Shown: positions 33,770-46,665 of the stretch, piece after piece
Layout: each line of letters starts with the position of its first letter
Position numbering within the stretch: the first letter of the stretch is position 1
Assembly: GCA_013265495.1 (NCBI GenBank)
Contig: MU058714.1
Location: 124,001 to 188,000 of the forward strand
Source of the DNA: Vicugna vicugna
Taxonomy: Eukaryota
Direction of reading: 5' to 3'
DNA: 64,000 nt
The notes under the pieces: model-generated
Database searches by the model: none
What the model was told of the DNA's origin: nothing
What the model saw: only the letters and a program-made list of their open reading frames with translations
Position numbers and translations under genes: made by a program

Positions 33770-36059
33770 ACCTGATAGGGGCCCGTGGGCTCTGAGAACA
33801 AAGCCAGCAAGGGGAGCCCATGGGGGTCTCAGGTCAGACCTGCGGGCTGGGGGCGGGGCTGGAAGGGCTAAATAGAGGGGGCGACCCCGAGAGAAGTCAG
33901 CTGGTAATTTATCCGCCAGGTAACAAGCGCCAGATGCACATCACCATGGACATGGCCACCATGATGCCCAGTCCTCATCCTCCTGGAGAAACGGCGCAGG
34001 CTGCTTGGCAGCCACATGCAGGCTGTGTGGCCTTGGGTCTCCCTGGGCTTCAGATTCTCTGCTGCCCACGAACGACAAGAGTGCCCACCTCACAGGACAT
34101 AGCATGCGTGTCAGCTCCTCACAAGCCCCCATGGGCCGTCCCTCCGTGTCCAGCCGGGCACACACCCTAGTGGACCTCTGGGTGGGTCTTCCCGACTGCC
34201 CCTCGTCATCCAGCAACCAGATCACCCTGATGCTGGCAAATTACCATTTCTCTGTTCTAACCAAAACGCCCTGTCCATCCTCATGACACCATGACTGGTC
34301 CACGGGAGCACCTGGGACTTCAGCCAGCCCTTCCCAGGCCTTCCCTGGCATTTTTACTCACTGAAGGGCGGTAGGGAGAGACTCTCCACCCCCGGGAGCC
34401 GCTAGGCCTGCCTGAAGGGCACCCAGACCTGCTGAGGGCAGGCCTCCTCCCCCTCCAACCCGAACCGGGCAGGGAAACTATCAGAACCTCTGCCCCTCAC
34501 TGAGCGGCCACACCCAGGCACCTGGAGGCCAAGCTCACCCCATCCTCTCGACCACTCGAGCTGGCAGAGGTGGGAGCCTGCCACTCGGGACACTTGGCAA
34601 CCACCCAGATGACCATCCGCACATGCAGGGCATGCTCGCACCAGTGTGTGCCCGTTACCTCACTGAGCCCCCGCGCAGAACCACAGGGTAGGTTCCAGAA
34701 CGGCCCCACTTTACAAACCAGAAGGCCACCTGCACACAGCCGCGCACGTCCTCCAGGTGCTCTGAACCAGCCAGGACCACACTGCACCCTCTTCCCTCTA
34801 GAAACTCAGCTTCCGCCAGGGTGCTCACCTCCAGGACCCCTGGACCAGCCTTGAGCCCAAGGTCCTGTGTGTCCACAGCCAAGAACATCTTCCCCAGGAC
34901 AGCAGAGAGAGCCAGCGCGAGCTCTGGCTGCGCCAGCCAGCAGCCCCTGGGCGTGACGGTCGCTCAACACAGCAAATGAAGAAAAACGAACTATTTCCAT
35001 TGCCTAGACCTCTCCCGTCCCCACAGGGTTTACGATGCAAAGTTACAAGGGCCAGGCACCGGGCTGAGGAGGAGCACACAGACAGCCACCCCCGCCCCTG
35101 GCCTCCCGCCGCTCCCTCAGCCCCACCACCTTCCCCAAGGGCCCCGAAGCCCCGCTCGCTTGGACACACAGAGGCTCTCTCAGCCTTTCCCTGTGTGCGT
35201 CTGTCCTGTCCCCCAAACACAAGGCCACGAGGCCAGGAGGCTACCCTGGAGGGACCTCCTCAGCAGCACACGGTGGGAATGGGGCAGAAGAGAGCGCTGG
35301 TACAACGTGAGGGATGGGATGCGTCTGCGCCTGGAGCACACGCAGCCTTCGGGGGCCCGCGGAGAAGTCCTTCCTGAGGGACCTGCCATCCTTGCTCTGA
35401 ACTGCAGGAGGGCACCTCACCCCGGCGTAAATCTGCCTTTCCCTCCGACGGCCCCCACTCCCAGCCGAGCTCCTGCCAGCGTGGAGCCTGGGTAGACGAT
35501 CCGAACACGGAGCCTGCCCACCTTCCCTCTGGCTCTGAGCCAACACCACCGAGCCACCTGAGGGCTCACCCCGCCCCAGGGGCCTGCCTTGGGCTTCTCC
35601 TGTGTGCCAGGCCCTGGGACAAATGAACGCTTTCTGCCCCACAAGCCTGTACTTCTGCCAAGGATGAGAGACATCAAAACGCAGAGGGCAGTGACCTGGT
35701 ACTGTAGCGACCAGTACCCGTCCCTCCCCGGCCCCCAAGACCACCATGAACCCTGGACCAAGGCTGGATACACCTTGGATGTAGCACTGAGCTGGGAACT
35801 GTTGGCCTTGTGGCTTGCCACCCCCGGGCTCCATCAGCACCGTGTCCCTAGCGGGATTCTCAAGGAGTCAGAGGAGATTGGGTGTTGCAGAGTAGTTTCC
35901 ACGGCTACCGACAGAAGTTTCCAGGCACAGTGGGCGTCTTGATTCCATCTGGTGAGGGTGGAGTGGGATAGCAAGCCACCAGGCAGGGCCAGGACAAGGC
36001 AGTGCCGGACAGCAGCTACACGGCAGGCTGTGGGAGCCAGAAGCCGGGGCCTCCAGGCT

Positions 36060-36195
36060 TGGTGCCAACCCTCCCAGAGGGACTTTGACCAGATCGCCTG
36101 ACTCCCTCAGCCTCGAGATCCCCACGTGTAAATGGAGGCTCCAGCCTCTCTTTATGGGTCTGTTGTGAGAATTAAATGAAGATGGACCAGTGAGA
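36060..36195 (+). mobile_element. MIR remnant
   Basis: cctcagcctcgagatccccacgtgtaaatggagg...tgttgtgagaattaaatgaagat. Confidence 0.6.
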
Positions 36196-36429
36196 GCTGC
36201 TTCTTGCCTACTCGTGCCCCGGCCAGAGGGACCACGGCTCAAGGCTGGAAACAACTCCAGCTCTGCTGGAGCCCCGAGTGGGAGGTCATCCGGAGGGGCC
36301 GTGGGGCCTTCCTCCCGATGGCAGAGATGAGACCACGGGGCAGGGGATGGAAACGCTCAGGTCACTTGGATGAGAAGCTCAGACCAGCCTAGAAGGGGCC
36401 GTGGGCCCTGGACCATCCCCAAACCCACC

Positions 36430-36860
36430 AGAACATCCATGTTCATCACTGATGAAAGGATACACCACACGTGGTCCATCCACACAATGGAACACTGTCC
36501 AGCCGTGAAAAGGACTGCAGTGCTGAGAGAGGCTACCACATGGGTGACTCCTGAAAGAGTGAAAGAAGCCAGACACAAAGGGCAAATACTGTGTGATTCC
36601 ACTGGTGTGAGGTCCCTAGAATAAGCAAACCCCTAGAGCCCAGAAGCTGAACAGAGGCTTAGCGGGGGCTGGGGGGGCGGGGGAGTTATTGGCTAATGGG
36701 CAGAGTTTCACTTGGGGAAAATGAAAAAGTTCTGGAGATGAATGGCGGTGACGGTTGCACAGCAATGCGAATGTCCTTGACGCCACTGATGTGTACGCTT
36801 AAAAATGGCTAAGATGGTAAACTGTATGTCACATGTATTTCACCACAATAAATCTCAAAA
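36430..36860 (+). mobile_element. L1MB-type fragment (ORF2 C-terminus plus 3' UTR)
   Basis: The translation DERIHHTWSIHTMEHCPAVKRTAVLREATTW matches the L1 ORF2p C-terminus. It is followed by aatgggcagagtttca...aaaagttctggagatg...cttaaaaatggctaagatggtaaa...caccacaataaa. Confidence 0.85.
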
Positions 36861-38971
36861 CAAAGAGAAGGCAGCGTGCTGGACTCCGCAGGGGAGAGCG
36901 CGCTGCCGGCCACGCGCTCACTACCTGCTTCAGCCACTGCGCACGGAGGGCCTATTAGCACAACTCCAATAACCACCTTGGGAAGAGGGGCGGTGGAAAC
37001 CCACCGGCCCACCCCGGCCTTTCTAAAGAGGCCCTGAAGAGGAAGGGCTGGGGGGGAAGAACCCGCTGAGCTCCCGCGCTGGTGTCGGGGGCCAGTGTCA
37101 CCGCTTTTGTGGCATCAACAGTGACATCAGGAAATTTCCACTTCCAGACACATGGCCCCCCGTCCTGCCTCCCCACCAGCAGCTTCAGGAACCCCTCTGC
37201 TGTTCTCAACTCAACACCACAGTGCCTGCAGATGGCTGGCCGTCTTGAAGGCGGCTGGCATTCTTAAAGGCAGCTGGCCTGAGGTCTGCCCGGGAATCGA
37301 TCCTCAGTGCAGACGGGAGGCCGCCGGAGAGGCCTGACGAGCCTCCAATAATTACAAGGAGATAAGACAATCAGGTGTAATTAAACAGTGTCCACAGGCA
37401 GACCACTCAGCTGCAGCCTGTCCCCCGCCTCTCCTCCTTTTCCCCAAGACTGCAAAGTGAATTATCCTGTGAAGTCAGCAGAGGTTGAGCTATGGAAACA
37501 ATTAAACAGAAATTAAATCTCATTCATTTATACTCCGAGCACAAAGTGGATCATGTAGGTTTTTTTCTCTCTCTCCTCTTTTCGCCCTGGTGTTAGAGAG
37601 GACTATTATGGGAAATTAATCACGAAGCAAAGCAATGAAAGTAATCTATCACTCGCTAAAGTGCACCAACCGACTGTACAAAATCCATCACAGCAGCCGG
37701 ATAATGCAGAGGTGATGCTGCCCAGGGGAAGGGAGAGGCTGGGCGGGGGCCTAGCTGAGGTCCAAGTGACGGCTGGGCCGAGGACCCACCTCCTCTGGGT
37801 CGGATGGTGCTGGAAAGATGTCTGCCTCTGGGTCTCTCCGGGCTTGTTCAAAGTGTCCCTGCCGCAAGGCTCACAGCCAGGGAGGAACCATGAGAAGAGC
37901 CCCCGAGGCCAGCGGGCCTTGGGCCTGGGGGTTTGGGGGAGCTTCTGCTTGATTCTCACCATTTTCCTCGCCACAGGAGGACAGGGTGTGAGAACTAGCC
38001 CCAGGAAGGACACCCAGCAAGAATCAGCCCCGTCTCAGGGTCTCCAGCTACACACTGGGGGTGACGCCGCCTGACCTGCCTCGCCTCCCAGAGCCGCGTG
38101 AGGATGAAACGAGCAAGAGAGCAGGGAGGCCTGCGCGGTGGACGGAGCTCGGAGATGCCGAGCGGCTGGCGCCAGGCCCAGCGAGCCATGTTCCTGGTTT
38201 CCTGCTTTCAAGAGAAACAATTTCGAAAATTGTTTTCCCATCGTGTGAAGGGTGGAGATGGCATAAGTGGAACATTTCTTCCGAGCGAAGGGGGGGTCAG
38301 CGCTGCCGGGGCAGAGAGCTCAGAAGTGCTCGGAAGGAGGAGGCTGGCCCAGGAGAGGCGTCTTCGGGACACCAAGCCCGGGAAGTGCCCGGAGAGGGCT
38401 GGGGGCACCAGGGTCCTGAAACAGATGTTAAGGAGGTAAACGGAGGAGCTCAGGAGTTGGGGGTGAACCGAGCTGTGAACTCAGTATAAGAAAGGAAGAG
38501 ACAAAGGCCAGCTCCACTCTGCTGCTCCCCTGAAGGGCACGCAGCCCTCTCGGCAGAGCGGCTGCCCCAGGAGCCCACACACCCACCGCTGCCCCGGGGC
38601 TCGCTCACCGAACCGAGGCCGGCCACCACGCTCCCGGGCAGGTGTCACGGGATAGCCGGGAGGGGAAAGCAAGGCAGGAGAGACGGGCCAGGCCACGGGC
38701 GAGAAAAGGCCTCGCCCAGCTTTGTCTAAGTTCTCTCACTTGAGAACAGCCCTGACTGCCCGGCCAGCGCAGCCTAGAGTCTGGCTCACCCAGGCCATTC
38801 CCGGAGCAGAGCCCTCACAGGACGGGCAGGGATGGAGACGGGCCCCTCAGCCCTCCTCCTGCCCCCAACCCTCCGTGCCCAGACCCCCACTAAGAATGGG
38901 TGGCCCCCTCTCCCCAGATCGCCTTCCCTTTCACCTCTCTTGTCCGCATCATCACTACAATCATCTTAGGC

Positions 38972-39525
38972 CTGTGCAGTAAAGGGTGAGCTTTGCCCAG
39001 AAGAATTCGGCCCTTGACCCTGGTTCCTGGGAAATCACCTCTAAGCCCTTGGAAGGTCCTGCCTGATAAGAGTGTCTTTGTTTATCTGGGAGCCTTGGGC
39101 AGCCAGCCAGTCTTCTCTCATAACGTGATCTGGGCCTGATGCCTCGGGCTGCACCTGCTTGACTCTGGGGAGCCGCAGACTGAGATCAGCCACGTGGGTG
39201 GTCAGCGGTGTCCCCGTGATCTGCTCCCAGGGCAAAGTCTGAACACCAGGGCCCAGGTGAGCGTCCCTGGTTAGCGGTGCTCAGCGTGTGCTAGGGAACA
39301 CAGCTCTGGGAGGACTAAGGGCCGTCCACATGACTCCGCAGGGAGAGGAACCTGGCCTTTCACTCCTGGTCTCGCCTGGACACTGCCCCGGGCGCCTCTT
39401 GCCCCCACTGGCTTTTCTCTGTGTCCTTTCGCTGTGACAGACTGTACTCACGGGAGTATGAGGCTCTGCTGAGTTCCTTCCCGTGCCTCACTAGACCCGA
39501 CGGTGGTCTCGGGACCCTGAGCCGC
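38972..39525 (+). mobile_element. ERV solo LTR, MER77/MER21-like
   Basis: gtgagctttgcccagaag...cctctaagcccttggaaggtcctgcctgataagagtgtctttgttta...ctgctgagttcctt...ggtggtctcgggaccc. Confidence 0.65.
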
Positions 39526-40304
39526 GGAGGTTCACAAGGCATGTTAGGAGTCGCCAGCTCAACTCTCCCCGCGCAACTGAGGAAGGTGAGGCTGGAGGTG
39601 AGGGAACTGCTCCAGCTCATGCAGGAGAGGGGCTGAGATCGGCGCCCCCTCCCTGGGACAGGACCTGTTCCCTCGGCTTTCATTATTGTCTCCCCCGCCC
39701 CACCCTAGGGCAGGGCTCGCTGCGCAGCGTGTCAGCAGACTGAGTGCAGGGGGTGGGGGTTGGGTGCCGACGCCGAGGCTGGTCCTCACCGGCCAGAGAT
39801 GGGAGGAGCAGAGCGGCTGCCGAGGCCTCTGTCCCCAGGGTGGGCAGTGGGGCGAGGAGGAGCGTGTTGGGCTGAGACAGGGAGCAGCCTGGAGACACAG
39901 CAAACTGAGCTGCCCTCCCCAGAGCACATGCAGGGCCCCAGGGCAGGGGCTGGGGTGCTAATTAAAGCCCTGGCACGCGCTCCCACATGCGGACTCACTT
40001 GGTCCACACTGCCCTCCCAGCCCCAGGCTCCAGCCCAGCAGCCAGCTTCCCTCGGCCCTGTTGAAAGCAAAGGGACGCAGGCCTGAGTGATTAATGTCCT
40101 CTGTCACTAGAGCCTGGCACCTGGGCCTGGGGACAGCCAGTGTCACACCACCAAGAGGCCAGCACCTGCCACTCGGCCTCGGTTGGCCAGGCGAGAGGCG
40201 GGATCAGCGCTGGACCCCCTCCAAGGCTGCAGGGGGCAGGCACGATGGGCCTCTTCCAGACAGGGCCTTGCTTGAGGCACGACCCTGGGGACAGGGGGTC
40301 CGCA

Positions 40305-40470
40305 CAGGGACCAACCACAGGAGTTGCAGGCCTCGGAACAAAATGAAAATGCGAGGCCATTGCTCGAGTTTCAGAACAGCAACTGCAGAACTTTAAATCA
40401 AGCACCGGCTCTTCTGAGCTTGGGGCCCTGTGTGGCTTTGCAGGTGGCCCAGAGGCAAAGCTGGTTCTGT
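40305..40470. mobile_element. MER45A-like hAT-Tip100 element
   Basis: caaaatgaaaatgcgaggcc...ttaaatcaagcac...cttctgagcttggggccctgtgtggc...aagctggttctg. Confidence 0.65.
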
Positions 40471-41199
40471 CCCCACTGTCAGAGCCTCTCCTGGTCATCT
40501 GGGGAAAGCCTCAGACAGACAGAGAGGGGCAGAGCTCAGCAAGGACACAGCACACACAGTGCACACAGGCACACCGACACACACACACACACTCAGAGCC
40601 TCCCTCTGACACTCAGGAGACACTGAGCCCAGACAAGAGTTGGCTGAAGTGACAGCACAGCTGACATCGAGGGGCAGCTGCCCCAGGGAGAGCCTGGAGG
40701 GACACCTCCCCACAAGGTGCGCAAGCACATCGGCTCAGCCCTCCGGCCCAGGACCCGAGGTCCTGGAGCTGGGAGGCACAGGGGCCCAGCTAGTCTGACC
40801 CCCTCCACCAGCAGACGGGGAAGGAACTGGAGGCTAAGCGAGGCCTAGAGGCAGCCTAGATGCTGCCTAGACTCCCTCCTCAGCGAGGGCCCGCTCGGAG
40901 GGTCTCGGTGGTCGGCGAGGGCCTCCTCCTCTCCTGACAGGTCTGCACTGCTAGCCCTGACCCGTGCCTCAGTAAGAACGAGGACCTCACGGGTGTGCCG
41001 TGCGCTCTGGTTCTGGAGCCCGGCCCGGGGCAGGACACGCTCTCCACACTCAGAGAAGCACATGGGTGTCCGGGTGACGGAGCTGGGGAGTGGCCAGGCT
41101 GGGCAGGGCCTTCCAAGCCTGTGTCCCCGACCCCGCAGGGGTTGCCACGTGCAAACACTGAACTCATTGGCCTCCTAGAGCAGAAGCTGAAAAGTCCCC

Positions 41200-41440
41200 T
41201 CCTAGAGGGAGGGGAGGAGGGACAACTTAGGAGTATGGGATTAACAGATACAAACTGCGGCACAAAGAACAGGTAAGCAACGAGGACTTCCTGTACAGCA
41301 CAGGGAATTACAGTCAATATCTTGTAATAACCTATAATGGAAAATAATCTGCAAAAATAAATTGATACACCATGCTGTACGAAACTAACGCAGTACTGTA
41401 AATCAACCATACTTCAGTAAAATTGAAAAAGAAACCAAAA
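41200..41440 (+). mobile_element. 5'-truncated cetartiodactyl-type L1 3' end
   Basis: ttaggagtatgggattaacagatacaaact...cctgtacagcacagggaat...taataacctataatgg...tgtaaatcaaccatacttca. Homologous to 21746-21997. Confidence 0.8.
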
Positions 41441-41764
41441 GACTTAAACCCCTTCTGGGTCCCTGAGCACACTCAAGTGCCTGGAGCATAATAAAGAGTT
41501 CCGGACGAGCGGATCACAGACTGTGGAAGGACTAAGACAGCCCCCGCCTGCAGCTCACGTGACCAGGTAGAAGGTGCCGGCTGCACCCAGAGAACAGGCA
41601 GAGAGCAGGTGCGGGGGGCCCGCGGTCCGGGAGACCTGGCACCTGAGCCGCGAGGTGGTAGTGCCTGGAGCCCACGGTCTGGTTCATCACAGATGTGAGC
41701 CCGGCGCTGCGGGTGGCCGGGACTCCCAGGGGCTGAGCCAGGCCCCGATGGCCCAGTCGCCTCT

Positions 41765-41822
41765 TTCCCCAGGGCCCAGAACAGCGCTAGGGACACAGTG
41801 GGCACTCAATAAATATCTACCG
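41765..41822 (+). mobile_element. L2/MIR 3' tail remnant
   Basis: cccagaacagcgctagggacacagtgggcactcaataaatat. Confidence 0.55.
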
Positions 41823-42989
41823 AGAGATGCTGAGGAAGGATGTTGCTTTTCCGTTCCTGCCGTCACCACCGTGCCAGAGGCTCTCCCTGAAGTACCAGGA
41901 CCAGGAAGAAGGCCAGCAAGTGCCCCAGGGACAGGAAGGGACTCTGCGGTCCCATAGAAGGAAAGAAAGAGCCCACGCACGTTAAAAGCGTGCACAGGTA
42001 CAGAGAGAGCCGCGCTTACTGGCGCTTCGGGGCAGTGGGCCGGTGGGTAACCTTTTCTTTCTGATGGCTGGTACTGTTCCATTTTTCTACAAGAAGCATG
42101 TACTAATGTCATAATAGGAAAAACAACATAAAAACAAGGGCTTCATTTGTGACGCCAGTACCCCACACTGGGATGGGATAAAAAAGCTCCAACGAAGCCA
42201 GGGCCGGGCGGGGTGACAGTAATGCGGGACTGAAGCCAAAGGGAGGGGCTGGGCCCCAGTCGAGAGGCAGGTCACCTCCCCTCTCTGACCTCAGGTGCCA
42301 GGACTGCAAAACAGCAATGGCTAGAATCGTCCTCCTCGGGCCAGGGGAGCAAACAGCTGGATAAAGGAAAGGCATGAGCAGGGATAATGCCCCTCAAATG
42401 CTGAAATAGCTCTTGCTGAGCCAGCACAGGAAGGGGCGGGGTAGGGGCAAAGTGAAAGGGTGGAAATTAAAAAAAAAAAAATGCAGCCCATGGCAACAGG
42501 GCGTGCGGCGGTTTATGTTTAATTAACACCCAAACACCCCCTTCTCTGGCATCCACCCTCCCTCCTGCCCGGCGGGGCGGCCACGCCACAGACAATGCCG
42601 GTTCTCGGGGGCAGGGCAGGAACAGTGGGGAGGAGGGCCCGCAGTGTGGCTCCCTCACTCGGGAAGCTACACCCCTTCCCCACTTGGGCCCCCCTACCCC
42701 CCGACCTGAGCAGAGGACTCCAGAGCAGCCCTCCTGCCATGCACCCCGCCTCTCCCCCAGCCACAGATCTAGGGGCCCCGTCTTGAGAGACCAACGAAGG
42801 GAGAGTATTCAACCTCTCCAACCTCAACGGCGCCCTCCTCCAAGCCTCTCCATCTAATACATGGCTACTTTTTTTCTAATTTAAGGAAGTTGAATTTCCT
42901 TTTCCTCACCAGAAAGGACTCATTATTTTTCTCTTATGAACACTTTAGTACCAAATTGGATTTTTAATGTCAATTTAAAAAATAACATA

Positions 42990-43290
42990 TAAAAACATTA
43001 TGCTAAGTGAGAGAAGCCAGTCATACGACTCCATTTACATGAAATGTCCAGAACAGGCAAATCTGCAGAGACAGAAAGTGGATTAGTGACTGCCAGGGGC
43101 TGGGGGGAGGGGAGGGTTGGAAGGTGACAGCTAAAGGGCATGGGGGTTGTTTGGGGGGGTGACAAAGTGCTCTGAAATCAATGGTGGTGATAGTCGTACA
43201 ACCCTGTGAACATAAGCAAAACCACTGAACGGCACACTTTAAATGAGCGAGTTGTATGGTGTATGAGTTATAGCTCATTAAAGCCATTAT
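42990..43290 (+). mobile_element. L1MB7/8-like 3' fragment
   Basis: aaacattatgctaagtgagagaagccag...tccatttacatgaaatgtccagaacaggcaaatc...aaaaccactgaac...cactttaaatg. Confidence 0.8.
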
Positions 43291-43699
43291 CGAAAACAAA
43301 ATGTTTCTTTTGAGACGGTCAACCGACTAACGCAAGGCACGTGAGGTGCCTGCTGCCGGTGCCTCCATCTCTCACTGTCCGTCTCCTGCCCTGCGTGCCG
43401 CCACGCAAAACCCGGGCGGCCCCCGTCAGCCCACGTGTCCCACCCTCGTGCACACACACTCACCCTTCTAGCCATCCACCCTCCAGGAAGGAGCCCCAGG
43501 ACAGGATCGTGGGCCTTGCTGGGGCGCCCACAGCCCCCTGTCCTCAGCCGGCTGAACCCTGGTCACGCACGCTGGGATCCCAGCTGCTGACCGAGCTGAC
43601 TCGGACACAGAAAGGCGCCCAGCTCTCCCCTCATCCACCTACACTCCCAGTTGTCAGGACGCTGTTTCACATGACACGACAGGACACGACATGGTTTTA

Positions 43700-44070
43700 A
43701 TTTGATACAATTTCAATAGATTCTTCTATGTAAATATATAATCAGCAAATGTGTCATTCTCAAAGACAACACACTGTAACAGTTTGCTTAAACACCTCCT
43801 CGTGCTGCTGCCAACATAAGCAACCTTGCACAAGTCAGTCCGGGCATTTTTAGCGACTTCTGTGCTCCGTGTTTCCTGAAGTGGGATCACGGGATCGATG
43901 GGCATTATCCATTTTAAAATTCATGACATGCTGGCGGAGCCCACTGTCGAAAGGATGCCCTGAGCAATGAGTGTTTTTAAACAGTCCTCCTGGGACTCAG
44001 TATTTATATATTCTCAATGTACTTTTTTGCTAGTATAAATAGGTTAATTATTTCAGGTCATTAAAAATCC
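43700..44070 (-). mobile_element. Degraded L1ME-type fragment
   Basis: AT-rich block containing aacactgtaac..., gaagtgggatcacgggatcgatgggcat and ccattttaaaatt, which resembles antisense old L1. Confidence 0.4.
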
Positions 44071-44591
44071 TATTTAGTTTACCCTTTAGTTGTATTCGGA
44101 CAAATTCCCATCGAGGGTGAAGCAGACATGCAGGTTTTTCGACAAAGTTACTGCTCCAGGGCCCAGGAAGGGAGCCTCCTGTTCCTCCCACCATCATGGG
44201 AGTGGCCGGCCACAGCGGAGGCAGGGACCAACCAAGGCCGACATGGAGGAGGGGCCCTGGAAATTCTCCCAGAAAATGGGTACGCCTCCAGCGCTGGAAA
44301 ATGGTGTTTGGGAAGCTCTGTGTCCCCCACGGGACGCACAGTCTCCGAATGTCTTCACCTTCTCGGAGCAGTTTTCTCACTGACAACTGTTCTGGAAACT
44401 GCTCTGAGTGCAGAGGCCTCGTGGGGAGCAGTCACGCTGAAGTCCTCACTGTGCCCCACATCGGAGCATCTGAAGGGTCTCTCCCTCCTCAAAAACCACT
44501 CCTCAGGAGCCATGAGTCCCCAACTCCGTTTCCAGACATAGAAACTCTCCTGCTGACACCAGGCCAGGAGCCCCATGGGGCCACCCCACCC

Positions 44592-44728
44592 TGTGCACTG
44601 AACATGTGCACCCCCCACATTCACATGTTGACACTGACCCCCAGTGCGATGGTATCTGGAGGGGGGCCTTTGGGAGGTGAACGGGTCATGAGGGTGGGGC
44701 CCCCATGATGGGAGGATCAGTGCCCTGG
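44592..44728 (+). mobile_element. MLT1A-like LTR, 5' part
   Basis: ctgaacatgtgcacccccc...ttcacatgttgac...cccccagtgcgatggtatctggagg...gcctttgggaggtga...gtcatgagggtggggccc. Confidence 0.75.
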
Positions 44729-44734
44729 GAAGAC

Positions 44735-45080
44735 TCGGGCTGCTGTAACGAAAGGTCCAGAGACCAGGCAGCTTAAACAACATTTTTTTTCTCACAGTTC
44801 TGGAGGCTGGAAGTCCGAGATCAAGGTGCCAGCTGGTCAGTGTCTGGTGAGAGCCCTCTTCTGGGCTCACACGTGTCCACCTTCTCCTGTGTCCTCACAT
44901 GGGGGACAGGGTGGGGAGCTCTCTGGGGTCTCTCCTATAAGGCACTAACCCCATTCATGGGGGCTCCACCCGCATGACCTAATCTCACCTCCCAAAGGCC
45001 CTGCCTCCTGATAACATCACATCGGGGATCAGTTTAACAACATAAACATCGGGTGGTCGCAAACATGCTGTCTACAACAT
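44735..45080 (-). mobile_element. MLT1A-like solo LTR
   Basis: gggctgctgtaac...cttaaacaac...ctcacagttctggaggctggaagtccgagatcaaggtgccagc...ggcactaaccccattcatg...cacctcccaaaggcc. Confidence 0.85.
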
Positions 45081-46462
45081 AATGGTGGAAAGACCCAAGT
45101 TCTTGTCAGCGAGTTTCTCTCTTTCAAGTTTGGGGGTCTCCATGAGCGAGTCAAGGAGAGGTGATCCAGGAGCCCATTGGTTCATTCAGTAGGAGTCTCT
45201 GAGCCTGAGCCCCGAGCATCGGGCAAGTGCCCAGATGCCGGGAGTACGACCAGGGACAGGCCAGCTGCCTGCCCAACGGGAGAGAGAGAGCCTGGCAAAC
45301 AGACAAATTAAATGCAATTTGATGAGATGCAAAACTAATCAAAGTCAAACCTTTCAAACTTGCCAGTACCAGGAGATCCAGCAACCTGGTGTCTCACCCC
45401 TCCCCACACACCTCAGTCTCCATGTCCTGAACCGCACAGTGCCCTTCCGGCCACAGTGCCACCAAAACAAGTTGCCAGGCATCCCCAAGGGGTCACTGGG
45501 TTTCGCCTCGTCATGGGGAGCAGGCTTCGTCCTGGAAGACAAATGGCTGGGATTTCAGTTCTGCACTTGTAACCTCCTCGTGGCTTTTCCCCTCTGGGCG
45601 TCAGTTTCCCCATCGTTAAAGCCAGAGAGTTGGCTTAAATAATCCCCAGGCCCCCCTCCTGTGATGCGGACCTTCCCCGCTCCCTCCAGGGAGGGGAGCC
45701 CGGGACTCTGGCGAGTTCTGAGCTAATAAAGTAACCCCGCTCCCCATGTGGATACAAAACAAGTCTGACAGACGGGTATTAGGGAGTGATGTTCAGGCAG
45801 GTTTACCAACACACGGCAGACAAACTGCAGATTAGAGCCGGTTCCCCAGACCCAATATTTACAAACAGTCTCAGCATTAACGTGGGCACGCAGCTTCCCG
45901 CGCCACTAGTGCGGCCTCCCCTCCGCCCGCCTGGCGGGGCTCCGGCCTCACCGGTTCTCAGGAGGAGGAACAGCAGCAAGGCGCTGTCTCTCCCGCCCAG
46001 CATGCCCGCCCTGGGGTTCCACTGTCAAGTGCTGCTCCTGACGGTGCAGCAAGGGCCCCTCCCCGGGACGTCAGCTCCAAGTGGCGAAAGTGCCCCCACC
46101 CAGCAACGTGCACAACGCGGGGCCTAAGGCTGCTGCCCCCGGCGGAGCGCTGAGTCTGGAAGGCGCACGGGACGTCGCATCTGGAAGCAGATGCCTCTGC
46201 TGGATGGAGCAGCAGCTGTGAAAGCCGCCCTGCTCTGCCTCGTGCTTGAGAGGCGGGGAAGCCGTCCCTCCCACAGAATGTCCCCAGGCACCATGTTCCT
46301 AGGATCAACACGGTCACATAACTAGATAACAAGGATCCTGGCATATAATTCACCACCAACCAAGTGTCGGCCGTGGTGTTTAAAGAACGCTGTCTTCATG
46401 GCTTTAGCATGGAAAGGGCCCGACAGTGCCGCCCACCCTTGCCAGGTGGGTGTCCCTGTCAA

Positions 46463-46665
46463 TCAGTTTCTCAACCCTGGCACCATTGGCAGCTGGGGCC
46501 GTCCTGGACGCTGGAAGGCGTTAAGCAGCACCCCTGGCCTCCATCCTCTAAATGCTAGAGCACCGCACACACACCTCCACCCCAAGCTGTGACAGTCAAA
46601 GAGGTCTCCAGACACTGCCAGATGTCCCCTGGGGCAAAGCCACCCCTGGCTGGTAACACTGCTGT
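46463..46665. mobile_element. MER20 DNA transposon
   Basis: cagtttctcaaccctggcaccattg...agcagcacccctggcctc...tgtgacagtcaaagaggtctccagacactgccagatgtcccctgggg. Confidence 0.8.
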
